This document shows, piece by piece, positions 48,781 through 60,500 of a stretch of DNA of 64,000 nucleotides. Source of the stretch: Raillietiella orientalis (Eukaryota); the NCBI GenBank assembly GCA_036172245.1, contig JAYWIR010000024.1, positions 248,001-312,000 on the forward strand, given 5' to 3'. Positions within the stretch are counted from its first letter, which is position 1. Each line of letters begins with the position of its first letter. The position numbers were made by a program, and so were the translations under genes. A model generated the notes under the pieces. The model did no database searches, had not been told where the DNA came from, and was given only the letters and a program-made list of their open reading frames with translations.

Positions 48781-51700
48781 CGACGCTCGTGAAGTTAGCA
48801 CGATCGCGAGGGTACGGAGCTGGAGGCGAGGGGGAGAAAGAAAAGAGGGAGTACCTTTGCGCGGACCTCTTGACTCGCTGCTCCTACAGTCGCCCTCTGA
48901 GCCTAGCGGGAGGGAAGGCTCGAGCTGCTGCTGCTCGTGACCGGAAGCTCAGGAAAGACAGCTCGCGGACCCTTACAGGGAGTCTCCCTCCGCGAATTCC
49001 ATCGCGATCACCGCGGCGCGTCGTCGCTGTTGGGGCACTTCTCGTTCCTCTGAGCTGCTGGCAAGATCTTCCCCCTTCCCTTCTCTCCTCGGGAGCTACA
49101 GACCATCGGGGAACTCTTCCGAGAACAGCTGCGGAATGGTAGAGTCGGCCTGGAGGAGTGCTGCTGCTGCTGCTGGACCGTTGGGAGCACTCTCAGGGAG
49201 GCGCACCCTGCAAGATGGAAATTTGTGTGCCGTACGGAAAGAGTCACTCCAGCTCACCTGAATGGAGGTGGGAATCTCCGAGGGCCTTCCTGGCGCCTGC
49301 CTCAAGCGAGAAAGGGAGCGGCGCTTAACGGAACTTCGTCGGGCGTCATCCCAAAGCTTCCTTTTGAATTCTCCCGCCCGTTCATCCCACTGCCGCTTTA
49401 TGGATGAGCATGCGTGGGCGCTCAAAACCCAATCAGAAACTGGTCCTGACTTCCCAGCTTCCCTATTTTCATTTTTCCCATCCCTCACGGATCCTTCAGC
49501 TCCCTGGCAGATGGCTCCCTTGGAGCTTTTCGCACAGATCTCTCTCGCGCGATCTCTCTGCACCTCGGATGTACGGTTGTACATGCGAATGCATTCGTAC
49601 CGTACACAATCCGTGATTTGGCAAGTGAGATACGTACGCGTGGTGCACGACACCACGGATCTCTCTGCGCTGCGCACACGCACAGCTCGGCGCGCGCACC
49701 ACGTTCACTCGCGACGTGGGCGGAACGTGCGTGCTCTCCCACCGCTGCGGGCGCCGCATGCCATTCGGCCCGTTTCTGCTCGCGCGCTCCAACGTTCTGC
49801 GAAGGACGAAGCCCCGCGCTTGAGACGCCTCGGTCGCTTCTCGGGAAGGAGCCCGGGAGCGGCTCGCCCCGGCTTGGCGAGAGTAGGAACGCCCGCGACT
49901 TACGAACGCCCGCGTTCGTTGATCTGCCGATTTCCGCATCCCGTCGAGACGAGAGAACTCGCCGAGTTCATTACAGCTTGTCCCCCCCCCCCCCTCTCCA
50001 TGTGCTCACCGCGTCCCCGAGCGGCGGTTCCAGCGTGCGGGACTAACGTTTCCCTGTTCCCGGAGCGGGAATTACGCTAAGCCGACATTAATGAACGGAG
50101 GGGTTGAGGACCTCGTGTGAAACGCAGAGGGGAATCTCCTGCCGCCACCGGCGGAGATCGCCATCCACCGAAGGAAGAGCAGGAGGACAGGGGAGGGGAG
50201 CAGGGAACCACCGTCCCTGCTCCAGTCTCCAAGCGCGAGGCGTTTCCGAGAGATCCCGAAGTTTTCCCAGCGCTTAGCGAACGCAACGGTTCAGGGGTGA
50301 CGAGCCATCTTCGGGACGAATCCCTGTCCAACCCACTGTGGCAGGATGAAGCGGCCCGTTCTCGGTCGTTCTGGTCACTCCCGAAGCTCCCTCACCCGTT
50401 GACTGGAGTAGCCCATCAGCACCTGCGGGAACGGGATCTCTTCCCAGTCGTGGGGCGGTAAGCTCCGAAGAGAATTCTCTCCCTAGCTTCCTGGATCCTC
50501 CATCATCCTGCTCCCTCCCTCTTCATCCCATAATGAGAACTATCGGACGATTTCCTGAAGTCGTGCCACCATGGGTTTCTTTGCAGCCGACAAGTTCGGT
50601 TCCAATGTTTCCGGAGGAGTTCGCTACCTAAGGCTGGGTGTCTCCAGAAGGACCCAAGGCGCACAGCCTGTGCTGGAGCCTCTCCTAGGTCCCTGTGGGC
50701 CGTATGGCACGGTTCCTACTTGGAGCGAGGCTTCTCCTCCTTTTCGAGTGAGGAGGTTGCTGTGGACGTCGAGCTCTGCGCTGGTCGGCAAGAAGATCCA
50801 ATGCCTATCGGGGATTTCCCTGGACCGGGGAAGCTTGCAGAACCTGCATGTGCGACTAGGAAGACCTCCTATATTCTCCTCGGGAAGCAAGTATCCCTGG
50901 CAGCTGCTCGACAGAGCCTCTCAGCGACAGAGACGGTGGAAAGGAGGCTCAGAGGAAGAAATGAAAAGCAGAATCCAAGCTCTCCGTCCTTTTAAACCTA
51001 ACAGGTCCTCCATCTTCTCACAGCATTTGATTTTTGTGATGCTCGAGACTCTTCCGGTTATTCGTCTTGGTGATCTCACCGAAAAGCGTCAACTAGAGAT
51101 GGAAACTGTTTCCCGTGTGCGTGCGTTTGTCATCCTTATGGATTCGCTTTCCTCCCCAAATCTCTCCTTTTTCATTGCATTCCGCCTTCCATCTTCATTC
51201 ACAGAGCTCTTTGTCAGCGACGCTCGCTTTCCACTCCCCATTCCAACGGTCCATTCGGCAAAAATTCCTCAGAGCCTCCGACCTGGCAAGAGAGTCATCC
51301 TTCCAGTTCCAGTCCTCGGCTTTGAAGTGGTGCAAGAAAAGCAGATCGAACCCCCCCCCCCCTCCCTTCCCCAAGCCATTCCTGGTCAAGCAGCGAGCGT
51401 GCGGACGAGCCGCCTCGCCGCTCTCCCCCTCTAGGCGCGCGCCGCAGAGGTGAGCGCGCGCTCGCGAGCGACCGGGCGCGGCGCGACACCTCTCCGCAGG
51501 AGACCCCTGGAGAAGCAACAGGAGCGTCCGGTCGATTGCCCAACCTTCCCCTCCCCCACGGTCGCACGGGGAATTCTTCCCCGATCGAGGCCGATCACAG
51601 CCGAACACCCTCGTCGCAAACGGCGGAGACGGGAGGAAGCGAAGGAGCGCGCGGTTGTTCTTCCCCGGCGCGCGCAGAGGGAAACGTCCCGGAAGGACGC

Positions 51701-51856
51701 GCGCGCGTCCAATCGGACCGCTCCGATTTCTTCCCGCCGCTACGGGAGGAGGTGGAGCCGCTGCGAAGCCGCGGATGCGGGGTGGCGCGCAGTGGCGACG
51801 AAAGGCGCGCGCAACGACCGCATTCCGGCGGTCGGCGGGACAAGGCAAAGAGCGGC

Positions 51857-52035
51857 TCAGCTGCTCTCGCCGTAGGTGACGAAGGCGCCGCGCCTGCTCC
51901 AGAGGCTGGCCGAACGCCAGGCGGAGGGCCGGCGCCTTAGGCAGGGTGGGAAGGATGGGGTGGTGCGCAGGGCCATCGGCACGGGGATGAGTGCGCTGGT
52001 GCTGCTGCTGCCGGACGGAGTTTCTTGCCACTGGT
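51857..52035 (-). CDS. Probable terminal coding exon of an unidentified - strand gene (upstream exons not found in the window)
   Basis: Acceptor ...ccccgcgcgcag|AC with an upstream ctcac branch-like motif. The phase-1 frame reads DQWQETPSGSSSTSALIPVPMALRTTPSFPPCLRRRPSAWRSASLWSRRGAFVTYGESS*. 51 of 59 sense codons end in G/C (hand count). It sits in a TE-free CpG island. No recognisable domain. Confidence 0.5.
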
Positions 52036-52599
52036 CTGCGCGCGGGGCATTGGCGGGCGCGCGAGGGTTCCGGAAGTGAGCTGGAAGGAGCTCGGGGATG
52101 CGGGAGGGGTGGCGCGAGCATCGGTTCCGAGGAGGAACGAAACGCACGGTTCTTCGTTCTCAGGCACCTTCTCTGTGCACCCCGAGGTAAGGGCGTTGGG
52201 TTGCTTTGCTTGCTGGAACGACTGGCGAAATTCGCGAGGATCCGAAAAGTGTTCGAGAAGCTTCCCAAGATGCGCCTTTTTCTCTTCTTTTTCGGAGTGA
52301 CGGTACACAAAGACTCTCGGGTAAAAGGAAATTTCTCGTTCCTCCTTCGGGATGCTTGGGAACCGCACTTGGATTGCATGGACTGGCGGGATGCACTTAA
52401 GCACCTCGCAGAAACCCTTCCCCTGAGCTGTTTCAGGAGGCAAGACCGACCGCAGAACGCTTGGATGCCTCATAGATCAAGGGCTTCAAAAAGACACGGA
52501 GCGGACTACAGGGACATAGCCAGCGATCCCACTTTTCCCTGCGACCTCAGGTTTCAAAGGTTCTATCCCCCGAAGAAGACAACGTCCGTCATGAGCTGA

Positions 52600-54200
52600 G
52601 GAATGAGCAAAGGGACAGGGGGTGGACACCTCACGAGCGAGGGATGGCAGCCGTGATGATCACCTTGGAAACCGAGGTTAAGATTTGACCACCAAGGGTC
52701 ATTTCTTGCCGAGAAACGGAACTCCTTCTCTGGTTGCCGAGATGCTTCTTGATTCCTGCACTGTGCGCGCAACCGTACACACGATGTGTACAATTATTCA
52801 GGCACCATTCTTTGCAGCCTGCAACCATCGGAAGTTTTCAACTAGCAATAATCGCTCCTCAGTGAACTTCCTAAGCTACGATATTGCCCGTGCACAAGGC
52901 TTCGGAAGTGATGGCATTTAGGAAGCCACCTCGAAGCTGGCCAGGACAGAGCTCAAGAAGAAACTGAGAGCAATCCCCAACAAGGCCTAAGGATCAACAA
53001 AGGAATTAGTCGTTTCCGTTTTTGTGGCACCAGAACCTCCCTTATTTTCCTCCCTAAAGTTATTGCTAGGAGTGGTCTCATAGCGTTCATCGAGCAATCC
53101 ACGAAACATAAAGTCGTGGCTCCAAACACAGAAGAATCTTTGGAATGATGGTAGCAGTAGAGGCGAGGGGAAACGAGCAGCCTGAAGAACTCAGATAACT
53201 ATGGGTTCGTAAAATGGGGACTTTGTTACCCTTCGGAAGGCAAAGCCGGCGCACGCCTGGACATTCCCCTGTGCCTTCCTATGGCAGGAGCGTTACCCAA
53301 CCCACCCTTCCCCTTTCGATCAGTCACTTCCTCTGATGAGAACCTCTTCCGATCTGCAAATTGGTCAGGCACTTTCGTGATATCTCGAAAGACACGATCG
53401 ACGCTGCCCCGGGCGACTCCTCCGGGAGTGCTTCTCGATAATCAGACGCCTCTTCGTCATCACAGGGCTCCTCTTGGGGCGGAGTTCCGACTGCAAGCGT
53501 TTTGGAACCAGAAGGCCACAGAAGAAGAGTTGGTTTGGAGGTAGCAAGCTTGGGTCCCTTCTCTATCACCTGATGGTGCTTCTGAAAAGAAATTAGAGCC
53601 ATTTGAGGAAGCATCTCCGGAAGAGTGACATCAGCATCCCTAATAAGTACAACAGGCAGCGGATGCTGAGATCACCTGACGGCGTCGAAGCAAATTCATG
53701 AGGCGGTAGGGGCCTCAGGACCCGCCGCCTCATCATCATTATCCCGGATGCTATGACATGGTCATTTGGGGTCTGTTTCTTTAGCTTCTCAGAAGCTGGA
53801 GAATTCTCCTGATGCAGGGAGAGAGGACCAAGAAGCAAGTATTTCTCTTCATCTGTCATTGAAAGAGCAGCTTCGGTCATCCTGAGGGGCCCTGGGAGCA
53901 GCAGGTAGGGATCTGAGGGCGGTATTTTTAAGATTTTCCTTTTCCAGAGTGCCTGACAACGAGGGAGGCAGCGCTCTCTGTTCTCCGTGCCCTGAGGACC
54001 TTAGCAATGGCACAGAAAAGAGTGCAGAGTCTTTCGGTCGTGCTCACGCCGATGAGACGAGCATCAATTCCAGTTTCCAAAGCTGAAGAAAACTTCCGGG
54101 TTTCGCAAACCAAAGCGCAGCTGCTGGAGGTCGGAAGTTGCGGCTACCGCCTGCGGCACAGTTTGGGACTACGGCCCTCCCCACTTTTTGGACCTAGCCT
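52600..54200 (-). mobile_element. Degenerate LINE RT relic
   Basis: TDEEKYL (DxEKAF-like, about 53850) then RQ(G)DLS..LLY (about 53675). Confidence 0.5.
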
Positions 54201-55299
54201 TCCGCGCATCCTCCCCTACCACTTCTAGTTTTCTTCTCAGGCATGCAAAGGGGGTATACTGAGGGTCAGAGGCCGGAAACGTAAGAACTAGCGACATGGA
54301 GAAATTCGTGCTGACCATGGTAGGTCTCTCGCCTCAGAGAAATATTTTCAGTTCCAGGATGAAGATGCATGGATACACTATTTGAAGATGGAAGGCTTGT
54401 GAAGAGAAGGATATTTGAATTACAGGTCATTCTGTCTTGCTAATAGCCTAATGCTCAAACATCGCTATTTCTTCGATCCTATTTGAAGACAGAGCTCAAC
54501 ACTTGAGGATCCCTCAAATGGCCTTTCTGCGAGCGCCAGCTGAAATACGCTTGAGGGTTGGTCACATGGACCTTCAGCAACGGACCTTTAGAATATCACT
54601 GCAAAACGCTGAACACTACCGCCGAGATGAGGGCCACTCGGGACAGGCTCCACCCGAACCCTTCCGTATTCACGCCCAAGGCTCTCCTTACACCCTGTCG
54701 CTGAGGAGCTTGCCGATTTCCGACGCGAGCACGCGAAAAGACAGGAAACCGTTTGCCTCTCCTGGAGACTGGATGGTGGCTCGCGACGCTCGAACGGCAT
54801 CCGCCTACAGGGCCGGCTGTTCTACCGACTCTGAAGGCGAGGTCCGATTTCTTCCTGGTGGATGCCGTTCCTGCTGGCCACAGCAACCGACTACTATCGG
54901 AGGATCTGATCTGACTGAGCTCTGAGACGCAGCGTATGCTTCATCCTTCAGCACCAGTTCTGCTCACTGAAATGAGCCCGCTGGAGGCGCTCGTGAGCCT
55001 AAACATCCAAGCTGGTCTTCCAGTCCATCCAAAATCTGAGCATCGGGAGAGCACACTTTTTCGCCAAGGCTCCTCTAATCATTTTCTTGACCGGATGAGA
55101 CTTTTTTCCCCCTTCCCTTCTCGACTAACGCCAGCTATCCAAAGGGAAACCTTAGATTCAGCTACTGCATCATTCAGTCCTTCATGCCCCCACCCACCCT
55201 TCACAACCCATGTGCACGTAAGGATCTCAAGGGATCACCACTTGAGTTTTCTCTGGCATCGTTCTGATCAGATATACTCACCCCTTCGAGATACTCTCC

Positions 55300-58200
55300 T
55301 TATGTCGATGCCCTCAGAGATCATTTAAAGTCTACAGAAAAAGATAACAGAAAGCACAGAAATGATACAGAAATGTCTCTCGCAGAATCGGCACATGGGA
55401 AGCGAGGCGTACCATCAGTCAGTGTCAAGAAACGACAGCTCGGCTGATGTCGCAACCATGACTTCGCCAGTGGATAGAAATGGAACCAGATGCATGCCCC
55501 ATTCTGTTTACTGTGCCTCCTCTTGTACAGAGAGAGACTTGTAGTTCCAGATCATTCACAGTCTCAGAGGAAGTGCGAGGCCATCTTTGCATTTTCTCCC
55601 CTCAGAACGCGCGTCACCTCAGATTTCGGCTCGAGGGTTGCTTTTGGTGGATTTCGGATGAAGGTCTGAAACAAAGAGAGGGCCACGTACAAAAAAGGAA
55701 GCCCATTATCACCACGAACCCTTTCCCCTCCTGAATTCTTGTACTGCCCGGATCCTCCATTGATGTGACAATCCACGTTAACTCTGACATGATCAAATTA
55801 AGCTTACTGGACTGAGATCAGAGACTGAGCTCTGGTGCAATGCCTTTCAAATGGCGAGGAGAGGCATTAATGAAAACAATTATTCCGAGTTTACTGAGGT
55901 GCTTTTCAGCATCTCATTTTAATGCGCTGCTATGCTTTCCAGATTCTTCGAAACTACTTATGGGTTCTTGGTCGATAATCCATTCATTCAGGAGCACGTG
56001 AAAAAAATTCCTCGTTCTTAATGTGTCTCCCCAGGCGTTTGCCATGTTTGTCTCAGGTTCTAGAGACGTTCTCGAACAAAGACGCGCTTCGTAGTGAGGA
56101 TGTCTATTGAAACGATGAAGAAGTGATAATGAAGAAGTGCAACTTGCATCTCGGATCACAGCTCCCGATGGGGACTAAGAATCCTACCTATGGAACGTAT
56201 GTTAGCAATTCATCTTCTGTCATTTTTCTGGAGCAGACGTGTGACTTCTGGGAGATAAACTATGTTTCTCCTTTGTTGACGAAAGCCGCCCGCCACTGGG
56301 GTTGCGCTTGCTGCATCCCAGGACTCGCAATTTCTCACCGTGGTCATGACGACTGCGTTCCTTGGTCATCGAGATTGTACCAAAGGGTCATCTGACTCAT
56401 TTCTGCTGTGACTGCGCCCTGCATCCTTGTGCTTCGTGAAATCGTGACACATGATCAAAATCATGTCTCACGAGAGAGAAAGTGTCGCCAGCCCTGTTGA
56501 CTCCGTATAACCTAAATGATGCTCGAATTCATAGGTGAGCACTTCCTTCACGGAACACTGATCATTACTCCCGGATCCTACTGAAATTGCCGTTTGCCAT
56601 TATTGGTGACAGGACTCTCTAAAAACGTTCCTCCCCCTGTTTGGTGCAGACGAAGAAGATGCGAGCGTCGGCTGCAGAAATCCCCTTTTCCTTCTATGGA
56701 ATCTTGGTAGATCAAAGATCAGGAATCAATGATTCGTTCTCATTATGGAGAGAGCTGCAGAGAAGATTCAAATTTCTCTCGTCTTTGTTTGCGTCACTTG
56801 GCGGTCATCAAAGGTCAAGTGCTTCGTTCTTGTGCTTTTCAACAGAGGGATTCGTCATTGCCTTGAAGCATCTTCAAGGTGGCTTTAATATCACAAGGAG
56901 CGGAGTTGCAGAGAGGATCGAGTGCTTTAAGGAGTCAAAGCCTTTCTTACATGATTCAGGATTCGACTGAACGCTTGACACCAATCCGACAGCAGCATCT
57001 AACGAGTCTAATTTCCAATCTGGTATTCAGGATCTATTGCATGGGAGTGGCTAGGCTTTTGTAGAAGAAACCTCCATCTGATCCGCTTCCACTATGAGAC
57101 GGCGCACCTCTACCAGGCGTCTTCCGTCGATAGGAACCCCTCTGACCGGTAAGATTGCTTCAAGGCGGAGTTTCCTCTTTTGCTTTCATTACAAGAGGTT
57201 TCAGAGAAGCAAGAAAGGATGCTCGAATTCCTTTTAAAGTTCTCGAAGAGAAGGAGGGACTTCTTTTACTTTGGTTGCTTCTTTGACCAGGCAGATGGTG
57301 CTTGTTTCGAGGAACTGCATCTGCTCTGAGTTCCTCTCCGTTTCCTGAGATTTTGCAGATCACCGGATGGAGTGGTCGCATAATTCTTTTCGCTTCACGA
57401 CTTTTGCAGTTTTTTCTTCAGTCAAGTGTTACGAGAAGTGAGCTTCTCGTAACACTTGGCACCCGAGTTAAGGATCGAGATTGGCCTCCATTGGGCTATC
57501 CTGGATAGGTCGCCTCCTTTCGGCAACAATCTCGTCCTGCTCTCGTAGAAGGACTCCGGCAGTCGTCCTTCTTGTCGGATGCAGAGGGTCAACTGGTGGA
57601 GTAAACGCAGGTAGGCGCGCAGGTACCTCTGATAATGAGAGATGGGAACATCGACAGGGCCTGCTGCCACGTCCTTGCGTAATTGACCGAACGCAGTCTT
57701 CACCTCTTCTTCGGTAAAATCCTCCTCCAGTCTCTTCCGCTGGAGGTCGTCAAGCTTCTTTCCAAGATAGCCCAGAAAGGTGTTTTGCGTAGCCGGACAC
57801 AGGTGTTCGCGTAGAGCTCATTCAAAATATTCGGGATTGCAAAGAGAAATAGGGAATAGTGATATTCCAAAGCTGCAACCGTTTCCTTTGCCTGTCCAGC
57901 TTCGTCATCGTTGGAGGAGGCTGGTCTGCAAGATATGTTGAAGAATGGGATGTGCTTGTTGAGGAGAGGGCTTTCTCGGACATATTCACTTCGGAGGTTC
58001 GAACCTGCAGTTCATTGCTTTGTTGGAGAGCCTTTGCCGCTGATTCCAGCATGAATCCTCAAGCTTTGGCATTGTGCCGAACCAAAGGTATTCTAACTAC
58101 AATATAGGTGTGTGCTCGATTTTCGTAGGGTGGCCTAGCCAATAGTGGGCAGTCCATGTCTCGGCTGTGTTGAATGCTAAACCATACCTTCATCTTACTG

Positions 58201-59200
58201 AGCTGCTCCGCTTCGAGGATGGTAAACATGGAGAAGGACCAGTCACTTCTATGTAATCTTTTAGCGCAACCAGTGCTTCAGTTACAATGAAAGAGTTCAT
58301 TCATGTTCTGAAAATGTCCAGCTCTTCCGGGACATTGCCAAAGATGAAGCTCTCTCTCGTATAGAACACAGCGAAGCAAAGAGGTGAATACTGGGACTTC
58401 CCCCTGTGTTGGTTTCGTCGACCTTTCGTCTGAAGTCAGGACGGTCCGTTCGTGACTCCCATTTCTCCTCCTCCTCATCCGACTCCCTTCCATGCTTCCG
58501 GTCGAGTACGCAGCTTTGGTCTTGGAATGTCTTTGCTACGTTGTAACAGCATTCTAAGTCTTGAAATGACTCCCATAAGACCCAATTTTGAGACGAAGAT
58601 GGCCTTCTTTCTGAGGTCTTAATCCAAGATAGTAGTCTCGGCTGATGCAATGCTCTTCTTACTGTCTGGCCGCCAGTTTATTGTTGCTGATGATGATGAG
58701 TGGTAGAGGAAATAAGGATCGGGAGGCTTGACGCTGAGATCGGAGTGCAATAACGTTGCAAACTGTCAGGGAAGCTGTGCAAGGTGATGAGAGAGACGGA
58801 GTTGTGATGATCTTTCATAAGAGAAACCAAAGGAAAATCGGAAAAATTTCAGGAATGGAGTCACAGTTTGCAAGAGTTTCTGGAGAACTTGGGCACTTCA
58901 GGAAGAAACAAATGCTTATTCATCTCAGTGCATCTATTTAAATGGAATAACAGTCGACGTTTCATCAAGGTTTCCTATGCTTTAATGCGGACACGTGGTG
59001 GTCCGGTAGTGCAAAAGGAGGAAGGTGATTTCTTAATGGCTTCTTGGAGGCCGCGTGCCTCTTGCATTAAGCACAGTCATTATGCATTCAATGGAAAGAC
59101 ATGATGAAGAAGGAAAAATGACATTCAATTTTTAATTTCTGGAGACAGCTAAGTGGAGAATCAGCAGGACCCCATCAAGCTGCTCCACCTCCCGCTACTG
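55300..59200 (-). mobile_element. Degenerate L1/Tx1 ORF2 relic containing the best-preserved RT segment in the window (57703..57422)
   Basis: AAGPVDVP...LPESFYESRTRLLPKGGDLSRIAQWRPISILNSGAKCYEKL is a clear L1/Tx1 RT domain 0-1. Upstream endonuclease remnants are SCVLDR, SHERT and LHLWQ; GVNRAGDTFS lies downstream (about 56490). May be more than one copy. Confidence 0.75.
57423..57458. repeat. Perfect 16-bp inverted repeat with a 4-nt spacer
   Basis: caagtgttacgagaag-tgag-cttctcgtaacacttg. Confidence 0.95.
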
Positions 59201-59399
59201 CAAATGATCTTCTAAAGGGAGCACCCTTGAATTTACTCAGCATTTTGAACGAGAAAGCAAACTTCTTGGTCTGCAATTCAGTGGGCGACTTGCGACTCGT
59301 TAGACTGGAGCATCCCTCTCGCGAGCAAGTGCCCATCCACATGATACCATTGGGCCGTATTCTTGTGTTCAATGTCTTCAGCTTCCTCTCGGCGACTGT

Positions 59400-60500
59400 A
59401 CCGATTCAGTACATCCTTTTACTGTAAGTCCAAGGGCTCGCCATCTGGAGGAAGCTGGTCTGGTCATGCTTCGCCTTGGAAACGAATCCTCCCATCTCAG
59501 CAATCTGCTGGATCCGCCGAGCCGTCGCTAGGACGCCGTCATCCGGAAGCATGCACAGGCACAGATGCCCGGTGGATGTTCTTGCACCTCTTTGCAATCA
59601 AAAAGGTAATTTACAATAGACGTCCGTCGACTTCGAAACCCTTCGCAGCCAAGGGTGCTGCACATCTTCCAAACTTCCAACCGTTTTCGATGCATGTGGA
59701 ATTAGGGGAGAAGGAGTGTGGGACCGAACTTAAATCACTTCCCGAACAACTTAATTTGCAGAGTTCCTCTCGCTTCGCCTCACTTGCGTCACTTGGAGTG
59801 AGTTCTCATCAATCGATGCTATGCTTCCTGGCGTGCGCGCATTACGATGGCGCAGTCTGCAAAACCGTGAGAGAAGGAAGAAAGATTTTTTCCTGTTGAG
59901 TGCTTCTGGGAAAAAGGAAAGCTCCTTCGTGCACCATCCGGTTGTCGCCACGACCTGGTCTCCCGAACAGCTGCGTGCGTTTATCCCCCTCACTGTTCTC
60001 ATATCCGGGGGTTGCTGAATGCTCGGTGGATGCGAAGAAAGAGTGTGTGCTAAGTGGCATTTCGCAGCAGCTTCCATGTACCAAATTCTGGCGATCCCGT
60101 CAGAATGCTGACTTTCAGCATTTGGATTTAAAATGTCCGCATGTTTCGAATTCGTGGTTTCCTCAGTTACCAAAAATAGAACGATGTCAGCGCTGTCAGC
60201 TGGATGGCCTGGAGCTTTTGGTGCAAAGCGTTTCAGTTCATTCTCACTGCGCCTTTCGTATCTGCGCACGCGCACGTATGCACCTTCTCGCCATGGGGAT
60301 GCATTTCTTTCGTGACGTTCGAAGATTGTTTCTGCTTCCTCGGTGTTCCCTCACGTCCTAAAAATGTGGAAGAAATGGCGAAGGATCGCAGGTTCACGCA
60401 CTTGCGATCGCAATTCTTCACAGACGGGACGATGCTCTTCCAGAGCAGCGCACTCGTATCGAACACCGAATGGGTACACGCAAAGGGGAAGCTTCTGCTA
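59400..60500 (+). mobile_element. Degenerate LINE RT relic
   Basis: KGSPSGG (KSPGPDG-like), KKVIYNRRPST (KKG..N.RPIS-like) and GCRHDLVS (GxRQG-like). Confidence 0.5.

Noticed and set aside
49595..49615. tcgtaccgt resembles the 5' end of miR-126
   Set aside because: Only about 9 nt match, the remainder differs, and that family is not expected in an hbn-bearing invertebrate.
51876..52079. Alternative + strand first exon ending at GAA|gtgagc
   Set aside because: Third-position bias favours the - strand frame, and no downstream + strand exon was found. Not fully excluded.
51195..52379. 394-aa - strand ORF and other long ORFs (e.g. 50571..51434, 49262..50080, 47627..48445, 12780..13532)
   Set aside because: These are Arg/Pro/Ala/Ser-rich translations with no domain, typical of stop-poor GC-rich DNA, and several frames are open at once.
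57422..57703. Functional or domesticated reverse transcriptase
   Set aside because: Only about 90 codons are open, and the flanking EN and RT motifs are broken by stops and frameshifts.
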